DNA of 64,000 nucleotides from Auanema rhodensis (taxonomy: Eukaryota > Animalia > Nematoda). Position numbers and translations under genes: made by a program. Under the pieces are notes generated by a model, which was not told the DNA's origin, did not search any database, and saw only the letters and a program-made list of their open reading frames with translations. The stretch lies in the NCBI GenBank assembly GCA_964057225.1, contig OZ059899.1, positions 20,212,001-20,276,000 of the forward strand, written 5' to 3'. Numbering within the stretch: the first letter of the stretch is position 1; every line of letters begins with the position of its first letter. Shown here in pieces: positions 55,443 through 64,000 of the stretch.

Positions 55443-58258
55443 AATGTACACGTGGTGTGCACTCGGTATGTAACTCGCTTCACGTGAAAGATAAAGAGAT
55501 GCGGTTTATAAAATTAGATTCCCCATGTCCATATTAGTCTAAAAACAAATTTTTATTGATATTGGTGCATGGTAACCATGACTTTGAAATTTACGTGAAC
55601 TTTAATTTATGCTAATTAAATGTACACGTGATGTGCACTTGGTATGTAACTCGCTTCACGTGAAAGATAAGGAGATGCGGTTTCCAAAAATAGATTCCCC
55701 ATGTCCATATTAGTCTAAAAACAAATTTTTATTGATATTGGTGCATGGTAACCATGACTTTGAAATTTACGTGAACTTTAATTTATGCTAATTAAATGTA
55801 CACGTGGTGTGCACTCGGTATGTAACTCGCTTCACGTGAAAGATAAAGAGATGAGGTTTTCCAAATTAGATTCCCCATGTCCATATTAGTCTAAAAACAA
55901 ATTTTTATCGATATTGGTGCATGGTAACCATGACTTTGAAATTTACGTGAACTTTATTTTATGCTACATAAATGTACACGTGGTGTGCACTCGGTATGTA
56001 TCTCTATTCACGTGAAAGATAAAGAGATGCGGTTTCCAAAATTAGATTCCCCATGTCCATATTAGTCTAAAAACAGTTTTTTACTGATATTGGTGCATGG
56101 TAACCATGATTTTGAAATTTACGTGAACTTTAATTTATGCTAATTAAATGTACACATGGTGTGCACTCGGTATGTAACTCGCTTCACGTGAAAGATAAAG
56201 AGATGCGGTTTTCAAAATTAGATTCCCCATGTCCATATTAGTCTAAAAACAAATTTTTATTGATATTGGTGCATGGTAACCATGACTTTGAATTTTACGT
56301 GAACTTTAATTTATGCTAATTAAACGTACACGTGGTGTGCACTTGGTATGTAACTCGCTTCACGTGAAAGATAAGGAGATGCGGTTTTCACGATTAGATT
56401 CCCCATGTCCATATTAGTCTAAAAACAAATTTTTATTGATATTGGTGCATGGTAACCATGACTTTGAAATTTACGTGAACTTCAATTTATGCTAATTAAA
56501 TGTACACGCGGTGTGCACTTGGTATGTAACTCGCTTCACGTGAAAGATAAAGAGATGCGGTTAACAAAATTAGATTTCCTATGTCCATATTAGTCTAAAA
56601 ACAAATTTTTATTGATATTGGTGCATGGTAACCATGACTTTGAAATTTACGTGAACTTCAATTTATGCTAATTAAATGTACACGCGGTGTGCACTTGGTA
56701 TGTAACTCGCTTCACGTGAAAGATAAAGAGATGCGGTTAACAAAATTAGATTTCCTATGTCCATATTAGTCTAAAAACAAATTTTTATTGATATTGGTTC
56801 ATGGTAACCATGACTTTGAAATTTACGTGAACTTTAATTTATGCTAATTAAATGTACACGTGATGTGCACTTGGTATGTAACTCGCTTCACGTGAAAGAT
56901 AAAGAGATGCAGTTCTCAAAATTAGATTCCCCATGTCCATATCAGTCTAAAAACAAATTTTTATTGATATTGGTGCATGGTAACCATGACTTTGAAATTT
57001 ACGTGAACTTTAATTTATGCTAATTAAATGTACACGTGGTGTGCACTCGGTATGTAACTCGCTTCACGTGAAAGATAAAGAGATGCGGTTTATAAAATTA
57101 GATTCCCCATGTCCATATTAGTCTAAAAACAAATTTTTATTGATATTGGTGCATGGTAACCATGACTTTGAAATTTACGTGAACTTTAATTTATGCTAAT
57201 TAAATGTACACGTGATGTGCACTTGGTATGTAACTCGCTTCACGTGAAAGATAAGGAGATGCGGTTTCCAAAAATAGATTCCCCATGTCCATATTAGTCT
57301 AAAAACAAATTTTTATTGATATTGGTGCATGGTAACCATGACTTTGAAATTTACGTGAACTTTAATTTATGCTAATTAAATGTACACGTGGTGTGCACTC
57401 GGTATGTAACTCGCTTCACGTGAAAGATAAAGAGATGAGGTTTTCCAAATTAGATTCCCCATGTCCATATTAGTCTAAAAACAAATTTTTATCGATATTG
57501 GTGCATGGTAACCATGACTTTGAAATTTACGTGAACTTTATTTTATGCTACATAAATGTACACGTGGTGTGCACTCGGTATGTATCTCGCTTCACGTGAA
57601 AGATAAAGAGATGCGGTTTCCAAAATTAGATTCCCCATGTCCATATTAGTCTTAAAACAAATTTTTATTGATATTGGTGCATGGTAACCATGACTTTGAA
57701 TTTTACGTGAACTTTAATTTATGCTAATTAAACGTACACGTGGTGTGCACTCGGTATGTAACTCGCTTCACGTGAAAGATAAAGAGATGAGGTTTTCCAA
57801 ATTAGATTCCCCATGTCCATATTAGTCTAAAAACAGTTTTTTACTGATATTGGTGCATGCTAACCATGATTTTGAAATTTACGTGAACTTTAATTTATGC
57901 TAATTAAATGTACACATGGTGTGCACTCGGTATGTAACTCGCTTCACGTGAAAGATAAAGAGATGCGGTTTTCAAAATTAGATTCCCCATGTCCATATTA
58001 GTCTAAAAACAAATTTTTATTGATATTGGTGCATGGTAACCATGACTTTGAATTTTACGTGAACTTTAATTTATGCTAATTAAACGTACACGTGGTGTGC
58101 ACTCGGTATGTAACTCGCTTCACGTGAAAGATAAAGAGATGCGGTTTTCACAATTAGATTCCCCATGTCCATATTAGTCTAAAAACAAATTTTTATTGAT
58201 ATTGGTGCATGGTAACCATGACTTTGAAATTTACGTGAACTTCAATTTATGCTAATTA
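55443..58258. repeat. Island of more diverged monomers present as an imperfect duplication (offset 9-10 monomers)
   Basis: GGTTTATAAAA, CCAAAAATAGA, GATGAGGTTTTCCAA, TTATCGAT and TACACATGG each recur. Monomers at 55443/55619/55795 match 57027/57203/57379 (offset 1584). Confidence 0.85.
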
Positions 58259-61200
58259 AATGTACACGCGGTGTGCACTTGGTATGTAACTCGCTTCACG
58301 TGAAAGATAAAGAGATGCGGTTTTAAAAATTAGATTCCCCATGTCCATATTAGTCTAAAAACAGTTTTTTACTGATATTGGTGCATGGTAACCATGATTT
58401 TGAAATTTACGTGAACTTTAATTTATGCTAATTAAATGTACACGTGGTGTGCACTCGGTATGTAACTCGCTTCACGTGAAAGATAAAGAGATGCGGTTAA
58501 CAAAATTAGATTTCCTATGTCCATATTAGTCTAAAAACAAATTTTTATTGGTATTGGTTCATGGTAACCATGACTTTGAAATATACGTGAACTTTAATTT
58601 ATGCTAATTAAATGTACACGTGGTGTGCACTCGGTATGTAACTCGCTTCACGTGAAAGATAAAAAGATGCGGTTTTCAAAATTTGATTCCTCATGTCCAT
58701 ATTAGTCTAAAAACAAATTTTTATTGATATTGGTGCATGGTAACCATGACTTTGAAATTTACGTGAACTTTAATTTATGCTAATTAAATGTACACGTGAT
58801 GTGCACTTGGTATGTAACTCGCTTCACGTGAAAGATAAAGAGATGCAGTTCTCAAAATTAGATTCCCCATGTCCATATTAGTCTAGAAACAAATTTTTAT
58901 TGATATTGGTGCATGGTAACCATGACTTTGAAATTTACGTGAACTTTAATTTATGCTAATTAAATGTACACGTGATGTGCACTTGGTATGTAACTCGCTT
59001 CACGTGAAAGATAAAGAGATGCAGTTCTCAAAATTAGATTCCCCATGTCCATATTAGTCTAGAAACAAATTTTTATTGATATTGGTGCATGGTAACCATG
59101 ACTTTGAAATTTACGTGAACTTTAATTTATGCTAATTAAATGTACACGTGATGTGCACTTGGTATGTAACTTGCTTCACGTGAAAGATAAAGAGATGCGG
59201 TTTTCAAAATTAGATTCCCCATGTCCATATTAGTCTTAAAACAAATTTTCATTGATATTGGTGCATGGTAACCATGACTTTGAAATTTACGTGAACTTTA
59301 ATTTATGCTAATTAAATGTACACGTGATGTGCACTTGGTATGTAACTCGCTTCACGTGAAAGATAAAGAGATGCGGTTTTTAAAATTAGATTCCCCATGT
59401 CCATATTAGTCTAAAAACAAATTTTTATTGATATTGGTGCATGGTAACCATGACTTTGAAATTTACGTGAACTTTAATTTATGCTAATTAAATGTACACG
59501 TGGTGTGCACTCGGTATGTAACTCGCTTCACGTGAAAGATAAAAAGATGCGGTTTTCAAAATTTGATTCCTCATGTCCATATTAGTCTAAAAACAAATTT
59601 TTATTGATATTGGTGCATGGTAACCATGACTTTGAAATTTACGTGAACTTCAATTTATGCTAATTAAATGTACACGCGGTGTGCACTTGGTATGTAACTC
59701 GCTTCACGTGAAAGATAAAGAGATGCGGTTTTAAAAATTAGATTCCCCATGTCCATATTAGTCTAAAAACAGTTTTTTACTGATATTGGTGCATGGTAAC
59801 CATGATTTTGAAATTTACGTGAACTTTAATTTATGCTAATTAAATGTACACGTGGTGTGCACTCGGTATGTAACTCGCTTCACGTGAAAGATAAAGAGAT
59901 GCGGTTAACAAAATTAGATTTCCTATGTCCATATTAGTCTAAAAACAAATTTTTATTGATATTGGTTCATGGTAACCATGACTTTGAAATTTACGTGAAC
60001 TTTAATTTATGCTAATTAAATGTACACGTGGTGTGCACTCGGTATGTAACTCGCTTCACGTGAAAGATAAAAAGATGCGGTTTTCAAAATTTGATTCCTC
60101 ATGTCCATATTAGTCTAAAAACTAATTTTTATTGATATTGGTGCATGGTAACCATGACTTTGAAATTTACGTGAACTTTAATTTATGCTAATTAAATGTA
60201 CACGTGATGTGCACTTGGTATGTAACTCGCTTCACGTGAAAGATAAAGAGATGCAGTTCTCAAAATTAGATTCCCCATGTCCATATTAGTCTAGAAACAA
60301 ATTTTTATTGATATTGGTGCATGGTAACCATGACTTTGAAATTTACGTGAACTTTAATTTATGCTAATTAAACGTACACGTGGTGTGCACTCGGTATGTA
60401 ACTCGCTTCACGTGAAAGATAAAAAGATGCGGTTTTCAAAATTTGATTCCTCATGTCCATATTAGTCTAAAAACAAATTTTTATTGATATTGGTGCATGG
60501 TAACCATGACTTTGAAATTTACGTGAACTTTAATTTATGCTTATTAAATGTACACGTGGTGTGCACTCGGTATGTAACTCGCTTCACGTGAAAGATAAAG
60601 AGATGCGGTTTTTAAAATTAGATTCCCCATGTCCATATTAGTCTGAAAACAATTTTTTACTGATATTGGTGCATGGTAACCATGACTTTGAAATTTACGT
60701 GAACTTTAATTTATGCTAATTAAATGTACAAGTGATGTGCACTTGGTATGTAACTCGCTTCACGTGAAAGATAAGGAGATGCGGTTTTCACAATTAGATT
60801 CCCCATGTCCATATTAGTCTAAAAACAAATTTTTATTGATATTGGTGCATGGTAACCATGACTTTGAAATTTACGTGAACTTCAATTTATGCTAATTAAA
60901 TGTACACGCGGTGTGCACTTGGTATGTAACTCGCTTCACGTGAAAGATAAAGAGATGCGGTTTTAAAAATTAGATTCCCCATGTCCATATTAGTCTAAAA
61001 ACAGTTTTTTACTGATATTGGTGCATGGTAACCATGATTTTGAAATTTACGTGAACTTTAATTTATGCTAATTAAATGTACACGTGGTGTGCACTCGGTA
61101 TGTAACTCGCTTCACGTGAAAGATAAAGAGATGCGGTTAACAAAATTAGATTTCCTATGTCCATATTAGTCTAAAAACAAATTTTTATTGATATTGGTTC

Positions 61201-64000
61201 ATGGTAACCATGACTTTGAAATTTACGTGAACTTTAATTTATGCTAATTAAATGTACACGTGGTGTGCACTCGGTATGTAACTCGCTTCACGTGAAAGAT
61301 AAAAAGATGCGGTTTTCAAAATTTGATTCCTCATGTCCATATTAGTCTAAAAACTAATTTTTATTGATATTGGTGCATGGTAACCATGACTTTGAAATTT
61401 ACGTGAACTTTAATTTATGCTAATTAAATGTACACGTGATGTGCACTTGGTATGTAACTCGCTTCACGTGAAAGATAAAGAGATGCAGTTCTCAAAATTA
61501 GATTCCCCATGTCCATATTAGTCTAGAAACAAATTTTTATTGATATTGGTGCATGGTAACCATGACTTTGAAATTTACGTGAACTTTAATTTATGCTAAT
61601 TAAACGTACACGTGGTGTGCACTCGGTATGTAACTCGCTTCACGTGAAAGATAAAGAGATGCGGTTTTCAAAATTAGATTCCCCATGTCCATATTAGTCT
61701 AAAAACAAATTTTTATTGATATTGGTGCATGGTAACCATGACTTTGAAATTTACGTGAACTTTAATTTATGCTAATTAAATGTACACGTGGTGTGCACTC
61801 GGTATGTAACTCGCTTCACGTGAAAGATAAAGAGATGCGGTTATCAAAATTGGATTTCCCATGTCCATATTAGTCTAAAAACAAATTTTTATTGATATTG
61901 GTGCATGGTAACCATGACTTTGAATTTTACGTGAACTTTGATTTATGCTAATTAAATGTACACGTGATGTGCACTTGGTATGTAACTTGCTTCACGTGAA
62001 AGATAAAGAGATGCGGTTTTCAAAATTAGATTCCCCATGTCCATATTAGTCTTAAAACAAATTTTTATTGATATTGGTGCATGGTAACCATGACTTTGAA
62101 ATTTACGTGAACTTTAATTTATGCTAATTAAATGTACAAGTGATGTGCACTTGGTATGTAACTCGCTTCACGTGAAAGATAAGGAGATGCGGTTTTCACA
62201 ATTAGATTCCCCATGTCCATATTAGTCTAAAAACAAATTTTTATTGATATTGGTGCATGGTAACCATGACTTTGAAATTTACGTGAACTTCAATTTATGC
62301 TAATTAAATGTACACGCGGTGTGCACTTGGTATGTAACTCGCTTCACGTGAAAGATAAAGAGATGCGGTTTTAAAAATTAGATTCCCCATGTCCATATTA
62401 GTCTAAAAACAGTTTTTTACTGATATTGGTGCATGGTAACCATGATTTTGAAATTTACGTGAACTTTAATTTATGCTAATTAAATGTACACGTGGTGTGC
62501 ACTCGGTATGTAACTCGCTTCACGTGAAAGATAAAAAGATGCGGTTTTCAAAATTTGATTCCTCATGTCCATATTAGTCTAAAAACAAATTTTTATTGAT
62601 ATTGGTGCATGGTAACCATGACTTTGAAATTTACGTGAACTTTAATTTATGCTTATTAAATGTACACGTGGTGTGCACTCGGTATGTAACTCGCTTCACG
62701 TGAAAGATAAAGAGATGCGGTTTTTAAAATTAGATTCCCCATGTCCATATTAGTCTGAAAACAATTTTTTACTGATATTGGTGCATGGTAACCATGACTT
62801 TGAAATTTACGTGAACTTTAATTTATGCTAATTAAATGTACAAGTGATGTGCACTTGGTATGTAACTCGCTTCACGTGAAAGATAAGGAGATGCGGTTTT
62901 CACAATTAGATTCCCCATGTCCATATTAGTCTAAAAACAAATTTTTATTGATATTGGTGCATGGTAACCATGACTTTGAAATTTACGTGAACTTCAATTT
63001 AAGCTAATTAAATGTACACGCGGTGTGCACTTGGTATGTAACTCGCTTCACGTGAAAGATAAAGAGATGCGGTTTTAAAAATTAGATTCCCCATGTCCAT
63101 ATTAGTCTAAAAACAGTTTTTTACTGATATTGGTGCATGGTAACCATGATTTTGAAATTTACGTGAACTTTAATTTATGCTAATTAAATGTACACGTGGT
63201 GTGCACTCGGTATGTAACTCGCTTCACGTGAAAGATAAAGAGATGCGGTTAACAAAATTAGATTTCCTATGTCCATATTAGTCTAAAAACAAATTTTTAT
63301 TGATATTGGTTCATGGTAACCATGACTTTGAAATTTACGTGAACTTTAATTTATGCTAATTAAATGTACACGTGGTGTGCACTCGGTATGTAACTCGCTT
63401 CACGTGAAAGATAAAAAGATGCGGTTTTCAAAATTTGATTCCTCATGTCCATATTAGTCTAAAAACAAATTTTTATTGATATTGGTGCATGGTAACCATG
63501 ACTTTGAAATTTACGTGAACTTTAATTTATGCTAATTAAATGTACACGTGATGTGCACTTGGTATGTAACTCGCTTCACGTGAAAGATAAAGAGATGCAG
63601 TTCTCAAAATTAGATTCCCCATGTCCATATTAGTCTAGAAACAAATTTTTATTGATATTGGTGCATGGTAACCATGACTTTGAAATTTACGTGAACTTTA
63701 ATTTATGCTAATTAAACGTACACGTGGTGTGCACTCGGTATGTAACTCGCTTCACGTGAAAGATAAAGAGATGCGGTTTTCAAAATTAGATTCCCCATGT
63801 CCATATTAGTCTTAAAACAAATTTTTATTGATATTGGTGCATGGTAACCATGACTTTGAAATTTACGTGAACTTTAATTTATGCTAATTAAATGTACACG
63901 TGGTGTGCACTCGGTATGTAACTCGCTTCACGTGAAAGATAAAAAGATGCGGTTTTCAAAATTTGATTCCTCATGTCCATATTAGTCTAAAAACAAATTT

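Larger units (their letters stand above)
1..64000. repeat. 176-bp tandem satellite DNA array (about 363.6 monomers), probably centromeric or pericentromeric; runs off both window ends
   Basis: The AAYGTACACG start recurs at 1, 177 ... 2641, then at 2+176n after a +1 T at ~2750, then at 3+176n after a +1 T at ~20350, through 63891. Monomers differ mostly by a few substitutions. No inversions or foreign sequence were seen. The centromeric role is inferred only. Confidence 0.98.
20243..64000. repeat. Right monomer subfamily domain (types A-H), interrupted by a left-type island at 25875-28690
   Basis: Mostly AATGTACAC starts. Diagnostic types: A (TACAAGTG, ATAAGGAG, TTCACAATT), B (CACGCGG, AACAGTTT), C (GTTAAC, TTTCCTATG, GGTTCATG), D (ATTTGATTCCTC), E (GCAGTTCTC, TCTAGA), F (GTCTGAAAAC), G (TTATCAAAA, AACTTTGAT), H (AACTTGC, GTCTTAAAA). 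Confidence 0.85.

Noticed and set aside
56841-57023. 60-aa ORF from the supplied track
   Set aside because: It spans one satellite monomer and is open only because of a private TAG>CAG change at 56943. The same frame is stopped in the other monomers, and 176 is not a multiple of 3.
1-64000. CRISPR array
   Set aside because: There are no unique spacers; the entire 176-bp unit repeats. No cas genes or leader are present.
1-64000. Human alpha satellite, CENP-B box, or a named plant 176-178 bp centromeric repeat
   Set aside because: No TTCG-N4-A-N2-CGGG motif was seen, and I recognise no sequence similarity. Matching length alone does not identify a family.
1-64000. Tandem 5S rRNA, tRNA or snRNA gene array
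   Set aside because: No recognisable 5S, tRNA or snRNA sequence, cloverleaf, or internal A/B/C boxes.
1-64000. Transposon insertion, inversion or telomeric repeat within the array
   Set aside because: The monomer register and orientation are unbroken throughout. A MITE or Helitron origin of the monomer cannot be supported without flanks or a database search.
1-64000. Pure assembly or concatemer artefact
   Set aside because: Hierarchically shared and private SNPs indicate real evolutionary structure, although individual duplications still need read validation.

Overview
The whole 64-kb window is one uninterrupted, head-to-tail, single-orientation tandem satellite array: 363 full monomers plus one partial, unit 176 bp, about 33-34% GC by hand count. 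Consensus: AATGTACACGTGGTGTGCACTCGGTATGTAACTCGCTTCACGTGAAAGATAAAGAGATGCGGTTTTCAAAATTAGATTCCCCATGTCCATATTAGTCTAAAAACAAATTTTTATTGATATTGGTGCATGGTAACCATGACTTTGAAATTTACGTGAACTTTAATTTATGCTAATTA. I see no genes, RNA genes, transposon insertions or CRISPR spacers. The single ORF is a by-product of one TAG>CAG change. The roughly nucleosome-sized unit and high homogeneity fit a eukaryotic centromeric or pericentromeric satellite (inference); I cannot assign the family or species. The information lies in the SNP haplotypes. They show two monomer subfamily domains, local 4-, 5-, 6-, 9-, 11- and 16-monomer tandem duplications, a variable-length higher-order repeat in the right half, multi-kb long-range duplications and two diverged islands. 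The monomer is rich in dyad symmetry, including a 15-bp imperfect stem across the junction, and has three ACGTG cores spaced 32-33 bp apart. All variant mapping was done by eye.
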